A stretch of DNA of 21,841 bases from Ginkgo biloba (Eukaryota > Plantae > Ginkgophyta). Location: the NCBI GenBank assembly GCA_024626585.2, contig JANKJI020000002.1, positions 149,126,070-149,147,910 of the forward strand. The letters run 5' to 3'. Positions within the stretch are counted from its first letter, which is position 1. Every line of letters begins with the position of its first letter. The notes below the pieces were generated by a model, which worked only from the letters and a program-made list of their open reading frames with translations, ran no database searches and was not told where the DNA came from. Below, one piece after another: positions 1-12,560 of this stretch. The position numbers were made by a program, and so were the translations under genes.

Positions 1-53
1 CATAAGCCTCTTTTAACCCCTCTTTCTTGGTCTCTGACATATGGTATCATAAT
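1..53 (+). mobile_element. 3' end of a 5' LTR (ends ...TGACA at 39) followed by a degenerate tRNA-iMet primer binding site (42-53)
   Basis: Sequence reads CTGACA-TA-TGGTATCA(TAAT). The canonical plant iMet PBS is TGGTATCAGAGC, a few nt after the LTR terminal CA. The first 8 PBS nt match exactly. No gag could be confidently read downstream (60-1020). Confidence 0.5.
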
Positions 54-2782
54 TAAGTGTTTAATCCTTAGCCTAGTTCATGAATGGGTTATTGTTGAGA
101 TCATGGGGATGTATAATTTGAACAAACCAAATACAAATATGTTTAAATGTGAATACACTTAGAGAAATAAAAATTAGATAATAGTGAGAAATGTTGAATT
201 ATCTATGCAGATGAGTGTCTCAAGGATATAATGTTAATTATTTTCTATGTACAAGTGACATTGTTGTGATATAATCATTATTGTGAGTATTAATAACACA
301 TATGTTCATTGATGTTGGTGATAAGAACTATATGCTTGAGAATAATGGAAAATTTATCCTTTGTATGGAACATTGTATATTGTGTGTCTAAACGTTAAAT
401 ACACACTATGAGAGGTTATTGTAGTGGGAGTAACACTTGTGTAGAATGAATCTTGGTGGGAGATAACATAAGAGAAAAATGATTTCAAAAGTTCAAGTCC
501 TTTATAACACCCATACTAAATATGTGATTGTGGATAGAGTGTAGGCCCTTTAGATGAATTCATAATAAGAAAATATTAGATGCGAGGAGAGGAAAATTCC
601 TATGAATTAGCTTGACAAAAAAATTGAACATTATATCCAATGCCCATTAGACGAGTCAAGAGAATCAAAATAATTGGCCTATAAATTAAAAATTTCTTGG
701 TTGGGGAACATTGTTGAATGTGGATAAAGAAATATCATATGTGGTTACCTATGTGATGAATAGGCAAAAATATAGCACAATGGGATAGATATACATAAGA
801 AAGAGGAACACCATTGAGAGAATAGAATAGTGAGGAAGGAATCATCAAGAGAATGATGCAAATCATGAGGAATGTGGATTCATGGCAGATATGAGATCAA
901 AAGGACTCAAGCACCTACAATGATTTGAGGAGGAAATCCAATCTATTAGATAAATTCAAAAGATAGATCAATTTGATTATTGAAGAATTTATGAATCGAA
1001 GGAGCAAATAGGTGCACTAGTAGTTGAATTGTTAATTTTTCAAATTAATTTAAATTTTACTAAGTTTTTGACTTTAGGTTAAAAAATAAATTAAAATGCA
1101 CTAAAGTCATAAGGGCCTTAATGATATGTGCAAAAGGACCTAAAATTATTTCTGGGGTTATGAGTTATCAAAATTGATTTTTGAAAAAAAAGGCCATATA
1201 TAAAAANNNNNNNNNNNNNNNNNNNNNNNNNNNNNNNNNNNNNNNNNNNNNNNNNNNNNNNNNNNNNNNNNNNNNNNNNNNNNNNNNNNNNNNNNNNNNN
1301 NNNNNNTATAATGAATGACATATTCACTATTAAGGTGTTAATTCTCAAATAACTAGGACTCTCAATTCTTCTTATTTCCTCCTTATATCAACCTCATCTT
1401 CTCATTATATGATACACCAATAGTAGGATGGTTCTTTTCTAATGACCAAGTTTATGTATGCATGTGTAATTAACTTCATGGAGGAGTATTCACACTGTAA
1501 AGAAAGCTAGAAAGAAGAATAAGAAGAAGAATTTTTATATAAATGATTTAATTTTAATTATTTTGAGTGATTTGTATCATTTTTAAGATAAATTTATATC
1601 TTTTATCATCTCTCAAGGTGCCAAAATCAATAAATAAATATTAAATCTTCAATCTACATGTAGGTAGATAGCATATAGTTCATATAACCTTGTCCAGGTG
1701 ATAGGTTATTAAAAGATGTGTCTGGTGGTGTTTTTAGTTTTTAGAGGTGACTGTCAGATTGTTAGAAAAAATGGATAGGCCATTTCTCCATGTGATCAAG
1801 TAGGGTGATTAATATTTTAAAAAAAAATCATATTTAAAAAATTATTAAATTTAGTTAAATTAATCTTTGACTTTAGAAAAAAAAAATTAAAAAATTTAAT
1901 TTTTTAAAATTTATTAGAATGCGTCCGCCTATTATTCTTCAATATTTAGAGTTTTATCAAATTTAGGCTTCAATTTCAAAGGATTATTGGATCTAAAATT
2001 TAATTGGTCAACTTTGGATATCCTCCCACTCTTAAACCATGGCCTCAAGGCCCTTGCACCCTTTAACGATCACTTTGATAGGGCCTACAACTTATTTCAA
2101 CCACATCATATTACCAAGCTCTCTTGTATCATTAATGTACGATATCCCTTAGATTTGAAGTCTATAATGATGGCCTCTAGGTTCTTATAGTTCTTTGGTG
2201 ATCCCCCCCCACCCCATGAGAACTTATAACTGTCACCCGCGATGAAATTCTAACTACTCACCTATAGTATCAAAGTCTTATTATAGAATATCCCATTAAA
2301 TATTTATGTTGGGCTCAAATAAGACCTCCTTTATTTTAATAGGTTATTGTTCCACTAAGGATCTTAAGGCTAGACCTAACATCACCTTCCAAATGCTTAA
2401 TGACCTTTCCACAGCTCACCTTCGCTTCTTAGATCCAATAAATTTTCCCTCTATGTACTATCACTTTATGTGATACTTTCCTTAAAGTGAATTTATGTAT
2501 CTCTAAATTGGTGGTCCTTATTCAAACCTCATAGGTTTTTAGTTATTTGATTTTGGGTCTCAGGCCTTTGAGCTATGTAGACAAAGAAGTGTGCCTTCAT
2601 GCCCAATACCTAAAAGTTTGATTTATTTGAGACTTAGCAATTCTCTTATCAAATTAAAAAAATTCTCTTTTTTGGATCTGTAAGCTTCGAAATATTTATG
2701 CCTTTCTTAAGCCTTCATAGAATGAAAAAACTAAATTTTAAAATCCAATTTCCTAAATGTTTAATTAATATGGGCACATAAT

Positions 2783-3400
2783 TTGGTTAGGTTCATGATA
2801 TTTCAAGTCATTATCCACTTTGACATTGGAGATGATCCCAACCTCCAAACTATGATAGTCATAATATACCCCTTTATGGACATGGAATCCATATTAAATA
2901 GTTTAATTTTTGAATTCAGGTTCGTGATCTTCCTTTGGGATTTTGGGGTTCCACAACTGATTGTAATAATTTCAAATATGATTTTTCTAAACATTGAAAC
3001 CCAATGATTATCGTAAATCACTGATAGGAGAAAGGGTTTATGAAATTATAATTCTTACTCAGGGCCAAGAAATTTCCTTTCAAAATTGCATCTTCTCAAA
3101 GGCAATAAAAAGAAAGAAATCAATAATGAACTTCATGCAATGGTCCAATAGTTCTAACTTGTAATAATTGAAGTGCAATATTCGTGTGATTTTAAATAGC
3201 TTGGTGAAGCTTAGGTGTAGAAATTGATTATTTAATGAGGAGTTAAGAATTCAAGTCTTCTAATTGAGTTGGCGCATATCATCATGGTCCAATTAAAATA
3301 GTCTCCAATTCTCACTTCGAGTGATATATTTTAAAATTCATTTAATCTTGTGGTAGTTGTTTTTAGAAACATGAGGCCCCATTTATGGATCAATAAGGAA
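2783..3400 (+). pseudogene. LINE ORF1 remnant (DUF4283/RRM-like region plus zinc knuckle)
   Basis: Manual translation gives PLWTWNP (2871), *IQVRDLPLGFWG (2911-2949; cf. VWVRLPGLPLEFW), LLIEL, FSLRVIYFK and CGSCF*KH (3349-3372). Multiple stops and frameshifts. Confidence 0.6.
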
Positions 3401-4353
3401 TCCTTCCTAGGGAGGAGTACCCCCTATGGGTATGAATATACCATAATCTCTGGTTTCATAACTAAATCTTTAGATCATATCCTTTATCTTCTCATGAAAT
3501 ATATTCCCCTTGNNNNNNNNNNNNNNNNNNNNNNNNNNNNNNNNNNNNNNNNNNNNNNNNNNNNNNNNNNNNNNNNNNNNNNNNNNNNNNNNNNNNNNNN
3601 NNNNNNNNNNNNATTTTCCCATAGGTTTGGAAAAATTCTTATTCTAGATGACTAATGAAATTCATTCTAGATAAATATGAGGGTGTGTGTATAGGTGGAT
3701 TAGAAGTAAAATTGTCGCCTTATATTTTAATCTACACCTTTACATAAGGTTCAATACCTAAATCTTTCAAATGATTTCTTTACATGTCAGGCTCAGGATC
3801 ACTTAATTAGAGATTTTTCTCTTTGTAGAACCAAGTTAGATGAGGCTACGATTGGGGAAAAAGATGTAGTGCATCCTATATCTAAAGACATAGTGGAAGG
3901 TAAAACCTAAGTGGATTTCAGTTAGGAAGTTAGGGGTGGTGTCCCTTCCATGGTTTTTATTATAGGAGGAGGCATGTACTTATCAAGTGGTACATGTGAG
4001 ATTTTGGAAAGGGGCCCTAGTGGACCAGTGGTACAGCCCAAGGTCATTAGTTCTTCCCTGGTGGAGGGGTAGCCTTGAGCATAATGGAATACTATCCCTA
4101 TGATCAAGGGTGAGTTGGCCTACTCTAGGCCCAATAGCATGGAGATTGAATTAGGATGGAAATTTAGGTCTAATAAATGAAAGGTCTTCTCTCCTACTCA
4201 GGTAGGCAAATTAGTAGGGGACCTAAGTCCTAGGCCACAGGAGAAGTCATATAAGGATGTGATGGTTCACTTGCTTGATTTTCATACTCCTTTTTTGGAG
4301 GGGTTTAATATGGATAATAGGTACAATGCTTAAGAAATTCATCTTCATTAGGA

Positions 4354-4669
4354 ATGAATCTTTCCATATTATCTTGGAATGTTTGGGGTGTGACAAGTTC
4401 TAGTTGCAAGAAAATTATTCATGGTGTATTGCAACATTTTTTATTAGATATGACTTTCTTGCAAGAGGTCAAATATATAGGTTTTGATCTTTAAAACAAG
4501 ATGAACTATTGTTGGAATGGTCCATTTTGGATGTAGGACCATTGTTAGGGGAGTGGAGGGGTGGTGGTGGCCCTTTCTTCCTATTTGTAAAATTTTATAG
4601 TGGCTTATGGTTTGGATCCCAAGGATCGATGCGTCTAGGTCATATTGTTGGTTTAAGATCGAGTATTAG
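4354..4669 (+). pseudogene. LINE ORF2 apurinic-like (APE/EEP) endonuclease N-terminus, inactivated
   Basis: MNLSILSWNVWGV...DMTFLQEVKYIGFDL*...GSGGVVVALS... carries the SWNVRG, LQE.K and GGV motifs in one frame with six in-frame stops. Confidence 0.9.
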
Positions 4670-4769
4670 NNNNNNNNNNNNNNNNNNNNNNNNNNNNNNN
4701 NNNNNNNNNNNNNNNNNNNNNNNNNNNNNNNNNNNNNNNNNNNNNNNNNNNNNNNNNNNNNNNNNNNNN

Positions 4770-5360
4770 TTTAATATTTATTTTAAGAAATGAATTTATC
4801 TATTTATTTAAATAATGATTTCTCAAAAGGGAGGGAACCAGTGTAGCAGAGTTAAATCTTCCTTTATCCTTTAATAGATTAAGAGGTTTACCCTTATCTA
4901 AACAAATTAACTTACAATAAGTATCCTTTAAAACTAGTGTATTGCATTCACATAAATATAACATCTACCTTATTTTGGTTTGGTGTTCAAGTGAATACAT
5001 TATCTCTTCACCTCTAACCTTTAGCTTCGTTAAAATTTCTGAACTCTCCTATATTGAATTCATCCTAAAGTAATCACCAAAGGTTGATCTAAAATTGGAA
5101 TGGAATGTATCAAGTGTATATGTGATTTAAATAGTTAGAGAAGTTATTAGGATTCCTAATTTTATTATATATTTTATCAACATAGCTCTTGATCTCTTAG
5201 AATAAAACTTCCTCTTTATGAAGACTATTTTTCTAGAGTATGGATATGAAGAACTAATTCAGTCTGCTACTATCTTAGGACATTGTGGGTACCATGGTAA
5301 TATTAACAATTCTTGAAGAATTTTAATGGTGCTTACTTTTATTCTAATAATATAATAGGT
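4770..5360 (-). mobile_element. Probable LINE 3' end (zf-RVT remnant, WxxWxERN-like motif, 3' UTR with A-rich tail)
   Basis: Minus strand reads KVSTIKILQELLILPWYPQCPK...SYPYSRKI (5225-5345; two Cys read as Tyr, explicable by G-to-A) and LW*LL*DEFNIGEFRN (~5035-5082). It ends in an AATAAA-containing A-rich tract at the 4769 gap. Confidence 0.45.
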
Positions 5361-6544
5361 TAAGTATTAATCAAGTTATTTTACATGTAGTTATAAAGGT
5401 GGATAATCTTCTTCTAAGATTCTTCTTCATAAAAGCTTATTATCAAGTGAGAAAATGTATTCATTCATAAAATAGTATAAATTCAATTCTTTTAAACTTG
5501 CTCAATAAATGTAGTAATAGAGTGGAATACATCATATGGTTTCCACAACCCACATAAATCATGGTTCCATCTTATGTAGTAAATTCATGTATTATGATTC
5601 AATTTGTGGCATGCACAAGAGAAGAGTAACCAATTTTATTTTCAAAAATTAATGATTGATGATCATGAAAAGAGATTAAATCTAGCAACACCATGTGGTA
5701 GGATGACCCAATACCCTTCAAATAGTTTTTAGGAGTTTTTTTTTCTATCTTGTCTCCACCTTGATGACTTTTGAAGTTAAACGTATTTGAACCTCTAAAT
5801 TCTAAACCTCTCTTTCAATGAAAACATATGTCAACTACTTCATAAACTAAAAATTGTTTCCATTTTAGGTCCATTAGGCTCTTGTAATAATAATCCCCTA
5901 TAGAATTTAGGGCTTTAGATTTATTCAATTTTTTTCCAAAGGGAATGGTATGCGCCCATATTTATTTCTTCATATTTTCTCAAATGCTAAACTTTTGAGT
6001 TCTTAACAAACTCATCATGAATTCTATAAAATTTGATTCATTCCCTTTTTAAGTTTATGAGATTCATAATGGAGTAACTCTTCCCCATCATTTTATATTG
6101 AGAACTTATTCATGATTTTTTGAAAGGGAATATTTTACATCTTCCTTTGATTTCTCAAAACTCTCCAAACCTCCAAACTTTGAATACCAATTTTTTATAA
6201 GTGTTGAGACACCTTTACACCATCGTTAATCTCTTCCATGTCAAATACCATAGACTTTTAACTCTAAATTTTTCTTCAAGCTATGAATCTAATCATTGTA
6301 TGAAATATTTTAAATGGGGGTCCCATTTATAGGTCAATAAGACAACCTTATATGGGAAAAAATATGCGCTCATAGGGTGTTCAAATCCTAGAATATTTGG
6401 TTCATAGATGTAAGCCTTTTATCATCCTTATTTCACTATACTTCATCATAGATTAGTCATATCTTGTATAGTGATAGATCCTTGGGAAGAGTAGGGGATA
6501 TGATAAAAAATATATGCATTGAAAAATTTTGGTGTATTTAGACA

Positions 6545-7050
6545 TTTATTCAATGCTAAGAAAGGGAATGAGGGAAAGGCATAAAGCAAAAATTATCAAA
6601 AAGGGAAAGTTAGCAGAGAAGAAGGTTTTATTGATAGGATAGAGTAAGATATCATAGGTTGTTCATATGTATGATGAAAAATATGATTATGAAATACTAT
6701 GAATAGTATAGGAAATATTGGAAATAATTATAAAATGGAGGTGTATATAAGGTGACGACTGCACACTTCCTTTCTATGTAATATATGTTCATCTTATTAT
6801 ATGATGAAATTATTTGTGCACAAGTTACCCATCATGATAAATTATTATAGGCATAAAATCTAATGTATCATCAATGAATCCTTCCTTTGGAATATGCAAA
6901 TCATAGTTTGTGCATATGCCAACAATGATGTCAAAGGTAGACTTAAGGTGATATGAATGGAATGGATGGAATTAGAAAGAATTGTTAAAGAGAGGATAAT
7001 TTGAGATGAGGGTTTCTTTAATGCTAGTTTCATATTAAATGTCACTCTTG
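6545..7050 (+). pseudogene. Highly decayed LINE APE endonuclease remnant
   Basis: FNAK../GMRERHKAKIIKK (~6548-6603) and IIVCAYANNDVKGRLKVI*MEWMEL...II*DEGFFNA (6900-7025) resemble the NVRG, VYAPN..R..LW and W..GDFN motifs in the expected order. Confidence 0.4.
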
Positions 7051-7666
7051 GTTCACTATGAATCCATGTGATAAAGTGGTTAATCTTCATTAGTAGTGTG
7101 AGTTCTCTATAAATCCTCCCTTCAAAAAATATATGTCCTAGCTTAGATTGATGTTGATCAAGGTCTAAATGATCTTAGAGAATGGTTTTCAAAGGTAAAA
7201 ATTGAACAACAAGATTTCCACTCTTCAATCCCATTTATGTTTATCTAACCTTCCAACCTCAGACCAACAAAAATCATAACATGTGGGATGTGAATCCAAT
7301 TTTTATCATAATAAGTATTGAATAGATATCAAGGATAATGATAATAGAATGCTAGAGAACAAGGAATGAGATATATGGTAGAGGAACTTTAAATAATAAA
7401 GTAATTAATATGGATTTGATGGTGAAATAAAAGGGATTAAAATAAATGAGACTAAATAATTGAATCTGATCTATGATCTAGGGAGATTTCCTATTCCCTA
7501 ACCAAGTTAGCACATAGGCTATATTTTGTAGATCCTTATTCATGAATGAGAAATAAAATTTTGAATATGGATTTTCATCTTTATTTCTTTCTTTTTTTGT
7601 ACAAGGAGTTCAAAATGAAATTTTATATATACATAATTTATAATGAGTTCATATTTATTATATGGC

Positions 7667-9240
7667 TCAAAAATAAAAATGTTTGAGCTATCGGCCATTT
7701 AATGGAATGGGAATGAGAGTACCATCCTATTGACTAATTCTAAAATAATTATCTTCCATCATTTCTACGAATTTATAATAGCCTAGATAAAGAGGATCAA
7801 ACTTATGATGAACCTCAGGATTCTCTTTAGATTTATTCCACATCAATACTAGTTCACCCACTTCAAAATTATTAGGTGAATTCCTTTTATTGAATATCTT
7901 CTTGATTTGATATTTTATTCTTTGAATGAATATGGATGTTGCATCTCTTTTCTCTTCTAATAAAGAAGACTGTAGAAACGATGCTCCAAAAATCTCCTAT
8001 GATCATCATCACCCCCTTATTTTAGGGATAGATGCAATGTTGGGATCTATATGGTAATGAAAAATATGAATTATTTTCTAAAACCTAATGCATATAGTTA
8101 AAATCCCAGTCCAAACTTTGGTGTAATCATTTCATCCCACAAAGCATGATAAATCTTGGTGTGTTAATTCTTCTAATTCTCTTATATCATGCTCCTAAGA
8201 ATCTTAATGAGATTCTTGTTGGTGGATTTATATAATATGTTTCCTCAAGGTTAATAGTTTGAAGAAAAACTCAACATAATGACATAAGAATGGAAAAACT
8301 CAATCATCTTAATAGATATAAAAGATATTCCATTATTGGATATGATCTAGTTCAACACCCCAAACCTTCATAATATATTTTTCTTAATAAACTCAATGAC
8401 TTAACTTGAATTATATTTATTCAAAGGAATTAATTTTTCCCATTGACTAAAATAGTTTATGGCTATCAAAATATAGATATTTTCTTTTCTTGATGTCAAA
8501 TTAATTGGGCCTAAATATCCAAACCCCACTTTGTAAATGGTCATTTTCTAAATATAGGATGAAGTGGCATTAGTATAATTTTTTCTTTCCCTATTAATTT
8601 TTGATAAGAGATATGGGACTTGACCATTTTAAAAGTAGGCCAATAATACCCTACTATGACAATTCTATGGATGGTTGTTTGTGAAGTAAAATTCCCTCCA
8701 CATACCCCTGACTAAAATTCATTTAAAAATTATCGTTTTTGATCCGAATGAAGGCACATCAATAATAGATTATTATGGATTCTTAAAAATAGTATATCAT
8801 CTACTAGGACATACTTAACTTCTTTGATATTTAATTCCCTTATCTTATTTTTAGTGAATCTATCAAGATATTTACCATTTTTAAGGTATTAGATAATAAT
8901 TTTATATTTTGGGTCTAAATTGACAATGACAATATCCATATCAATGTTAGTGCCTTTCTCATTATCTTCTTCAATTAGAAATTGTCCAAGCATATCAAAA
9001 GCTAATTTAGGTAAACCTTGGCCCTTCAAAAGTTTGGATAGTTTTATATCCAAGTCATATTATTGGATTTTTGAAATCTAGTTAGCTCATTTGTCATTAA
9101 GGTCTTTTTGATTCATCATCATCTTTATCAGAGAAACCTTTATGTATTTTACTAAATGACTAGTCCAAATATACATCTTGAATGCTTTAATAGCTTTGAC
9201 CAAATCATATTATTTCTTATTAATACTTCAAAAATATTCT
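7667..9240 (-). pseudogene. Ty3/gypsy (non-chromovirus, Tat/Athila-like) pol remnant: RNase H plus integrase
   Basis: RH: YDLVKAIKAFKMYI...ISKIQ*YDLDIKLSKLLKGQGL (to 9012). INT zinc finger: SGVCGGNF...GYYWPTF (~8632-8712). Core: PFTKWGLD/GPIN...YILIAINYFSQWE (~8435-8540). C-terminus: FEVGELVLMWNK...HHKFDPLYLGYY...PLNGR*LKHFYF* (stop at 7667-7669). Confidence 0.95.
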
Positions 9241-9589
9241 TTTGAACTATAAGGATCCCTCAATGAAGGAGGTTCCATAAATATATATATGGCCCTAGGT
9301 TGATGGTGAATAAGTAGAATACCATACCTATGGCATCCCCAATATTGTCTCAAATGAGATTTATCATGATAAAGGTGAATAAACTCCATATCTAATAGAG
9401 AAGGTGGATAGAACTTATGAGGAGTGTGATGTTCTTTACATTCTTAATCATGGGGTTTTTTAGAAGCTACTGGAGAAAGTATAAATGTAAGGCCAATACT
9501 TATTTTCTCTACCACTCCACCAAAATCTCAAAGCATGATGTATGTTATATTTATTAATAGGATAATATATGGCAATGATTTATATCTTC

Positions 9590-9795
9590 TTTAAAAATAT
9601 CATGTGGTCTGAAGATTTTTAATCCATCAACTCTCCACTATTTTCTTTATACCTAATTCTTTGATAAATATTTGTGCATAGCAAGGAAACTAATGAATTT
9701 GATATGTGTAATGCATATATAAACCCCCTACCTACAAAGTATGTGATGTAGAAAATGCATTCTACTTGAATATTTTATAAAATGGGTGGTCCATT
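9590..9795 (-). pseudogene. Possible gypsy aspartic-protease region remnant
   Basis: HPFYKIFK*NAF.../FVGRG... and RVDGLKIFRPHDIF loosely resemble the PPFY...LVDxG and AFDGxxFxPHGI motifs of Tat-like proteases. Strand and order agree with the adjacent RH-INT. Confidence 0.35.
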
Positions 9796-10139
9796 CATTT
9801 ATTAGTTATATAGTAAGCAATGAGAAATATTATTAGGGCTAATATTAGTACAAAATATCTAGTATGGTAATCACCAATTCCATACCTAATGGGTGGAGGG
9901 TGAACCATGTTTACTTTGATTATAATTTCTTTGGTGATTGTCATTTTCTCCTTCAAGATGTCATCCAAGATCTCTATCAAAGCTACGTGATGTGTAATCA
10001 TATACATACAAAATGCACTAAGTAGGTGATCATAGGATTGGCAACATTTAAAGGTCATATGGTTTTTATTTATAAGAGATTCTATGACCAAAGGGAAAAA
10101 GTATGTACATATACTTTCCTTATTTATCCTATCTTAGAA

Positions 10140-11128
10140 NNNNNNNNNNNNNNNNNNNNNNNNNNNNNNNNNNNNNNNNNNNNNNNNNNNNNNNNNNNNN
10201 NNNNNNNNNNNNNNNNNNNNNNNNNNNNNNNNNNNNNNNNNNNNNNNNNNNNNNNNNNNNNNNNNNNNNNNNNNNNNNNNNNNNNNNNNNNNNNNNNNNN
10301 NNNNNNNNNNNNNNNNNNNNNNNNNNNNNNNNNNNNNNNNNNNNNNNNNNNNNNNNNNNNNNNNNNNNNNNNNNNNNNNNNNNNNNNNNNNNNNNNNNNN
10401 NNNNNNNNNNNNNNNNNNNNNNNNNNNNNNNNNNNNNNNNNNNNNNNNNNNNNNNNNNNNNNNNNNNNNNNNNNNNNNNNNNNNNNNNNNNNNNNNNNNN
10501 NNNNNNNNNNNNNNNNNNNNNNNNNNNNNNNNNNNNNNNNNNNNNNNNNNNNNNNNNNNNNNNNNNNNNNNNNNNNNNNNNNNNNNNNNNNNNNNNNNNN
10601 NNNNNNNNNNNNNNNNNNNNNNNNNNNNNNNNNNNNNNNNNNNNNNNNNNNNNNNNNNNNNNNNNNNNNNNNNNNNNNNNNNNNNNNNNNNNNNNNNNNN
10701 NNNNNNNNNNNNNNNNNNNNNNNNNNNNNNNNNNNNNNNNNNNNNNNNNNNNNNNNNNNNNNNNNNNNNNNNNNNNNNNNNNNNNNNNNNNNNNNNNNNN
10801 NNNNNNNNNNNNNNNNNNNNNNNNNNNNNNNNNNNNNNNNNNNNNNNNNNNNNNNNNNNNNNNNNNNNNNNNNNNNNNNNNNNNNNNNNNNNNNNNNNNN
10901 NNNNNNNNNNNNNNNNNNNNNNNNNNNNNNNNNNNNNNNNNNNNNNNNNNNNNNNNNNNNNNNNNNNNNNNNNNNNNNNNNNNNNNNNNNNNNNNNNNNN
11001 NNNNNNNNNNNNNNNNNNNNNNNNNNNNNNNNNNNNNNNNNNNNNNNNNNNNNNNNNNNNNNNNNNNNNNNNNNNNNNNNNNNNNNNNNNNNNNNNNNNN
11101 NNNNNNNNNNNNNNNNNNNNNNNNNNNN
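10140..11128. other. Largest assembly gap. Others: 1207-1306, 3513-3612, 4670-4769, 12955-13054, 15024-15044, 15715-15742, 15975-16074, 16499-16561, 17363-17462, 18771-18870, 19131-19234, 20002-20051, 20303-20402
   Basis: Runs of N; many are exactly 100 nt, which suggests placeholders of unknown size. Confidence 0.99.
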
Positions 11129-12560
11129 TTCTCTTGTTTTGTACAAAAGCTATATCTCCCCATTATAGATAAACTCTTTGATGAAATTGTTATGTACCTT
11201 AATATACTTTGTTCAAGTATAAAATATATCATTCTTTTCCATTTTCAATGTACTTTGATTATCATAGAAAAACTTTGTTGTATCATCCTTATGAAGACCC
11301 ATATCACTAAGGAACAATATCAACCAAATTATTTTAGATGTAGTTGTAACTATATCTTTGTACTCTACTTATGTTAAGGAAATGGAAATATTAGGATAAT
11401 TATTATTTATCCATATCACTATAGCTAATACTAAACTAAAATATTAACTAGATGTGGACCTTTTTCTATTATCACATCTAGCCCAATACGAATGTGTATA
11501 CCTCTAACCTAAAGTTGTCATTCTAGAAAACTCAAGTACAAAATATAACATTCCTTATAAATACCTTAAAATATTCTTTATAGCTATCTAGTTAGTCTAT
11601 TTTATTTATTTTGTGAATCTAAAAAGTATCCCAACTATAAAATAAATGTTTGGCCTAGTTATACTTAGATAGATTAGACTACTAACTAGTTATTTATACA
11701 ATATGCCATATGTTTGTACTCCATCATCCTAAGATAATAATTGTGTACTTGTATCAATGGGGGTTAGTGTAGGCTTATAATATTCCATTGTAAATATCCT
11801 CAAAATATCCTATATGTACTTCACCTACGAAATAAAAGTATTTTTAGATTTCTACCATACTTCCACTCTAAGTAATAAATATGCCAAGATATATCATCTT
11901 AAAATTATCTTTTAGATCTTTCTTTAGGTCTAATATCATTATGGTATCATTACCTATGATAAAAAAGGAATTAACATATAGTATAATAAAGTTTATAAAA
12001 AAAAATTCTCGAACCTTTATGTATAAGATTGAATCTATTATAGATCTCTTAAATCCAATATTTATAAAATATTTGTCAATCTTGTCATACTAGGATCTAG
12101 GCATTTACTTCAAGCCATATACATTCTTATTTAGTAAAAAAATCATATGTTCTTTACCCTTTTTAAAATATTTAGGTGGATTATCCATAAACACATCCTC
12201 TAACAAATATCCATTCAGGAAGTCACTCTTTACATCCATCTAGTATAGTTTCCATTGAACTAAGAAACTATTGCCAAAATGATCCTAATAGTATTAATAT
12301 TTATAACTAGAGAAAATGTCTCCTGGTATTCGATCACTTCTTGTTACTTGAAGCCTTTATAAATAAGTCTAGATTTGAACTTATAAACTATTCCATTATC
12401 CTTGAATTAAACCCATCTATAACTGATTGCCTATTTTGTAGTGGATAATTCCACCAAGTCTCAAGTCTTATTATTCTTCACTACCTTAACTTTAGAATCC
12501 ATAATAACATTCCACTTTTTATCCTTACTTTCCTCATCAAAAGTGAAAGGATAATCAACA
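11129..12560 (-). pseudogene. Ty1/copia pol remnant: reverse transcriptase plus RNase H
   Basis: PFTFDEESKDKKW...NKT*DLVEL...KFKSRLIYKGFK*QEVIEYQETFSLV...WKLY*MDVKSDFLNG (12210-12239). Catalytic YVDD reads YVNS (11967-11978). RH: DNRKRSTS...VEY...IWL...DNQST...*TKYIKVHNNFIKE, running into the gap at 11128. Confidence 0.95.

Larger units (their letters stand above)
1985..4669 (+). mobile_element. Decayed L1-clade LINE, 5' half (ORF1 remnant plus start of ORF2), running into a gap; 5' boundary approximate
   Basis: ORF1 motifs at 2871-3372 are followed by a GC-richer low-complexity region (3800-4300) and then the ORF2 ATG at 4354, all in the same orientation. Confidence 0.75.

Noticed and set aside
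448-520. ESWWE as the start of a hAT dimerisation domain
   Set aside because: No downstream P.L...A..IL or SS..CER.FS motif in any frame I read.
1020-1920. Shared TTTGACTTTAG and A/T tracts at ~1067 and ~1866 as transposon ends
   Set aside because: They are in direct orientation, only 11 bp long, in extremely AT-rich DNA, with no TIR or TSD.
5690-5950. Minus-strand LNKSKALNSIG and GGDKIEKKTPKNY resembling pre-RT LINE motifs
   Set aside because: The matches are short, low-complexity and not followed by any RT motif, so 5450-6500 is left unassigned.
9795-10091. 98-aa minus-strand ORF with a hydrophobic C-terminus (small membrane or env-like protein?)
   Set aside because: No recognisable motif. 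Ile/Leu/Phe richness is expected from AT-rich decay, and the position fits a gag-protease linker remnant.
10026-11377. Long ORFs (340-424 aa) in the ORF track
   Set aside because: They consist almost entirely of X from the 989-N gap. The other X-containing ORFs are gap artefacts too.
11881-12093. Short plus-strand ORFs over retroelement genes (also 18055-18237)
   Set aside because: They are antisense shadows of the minus-strand copia RT and gypsy gag remnants.
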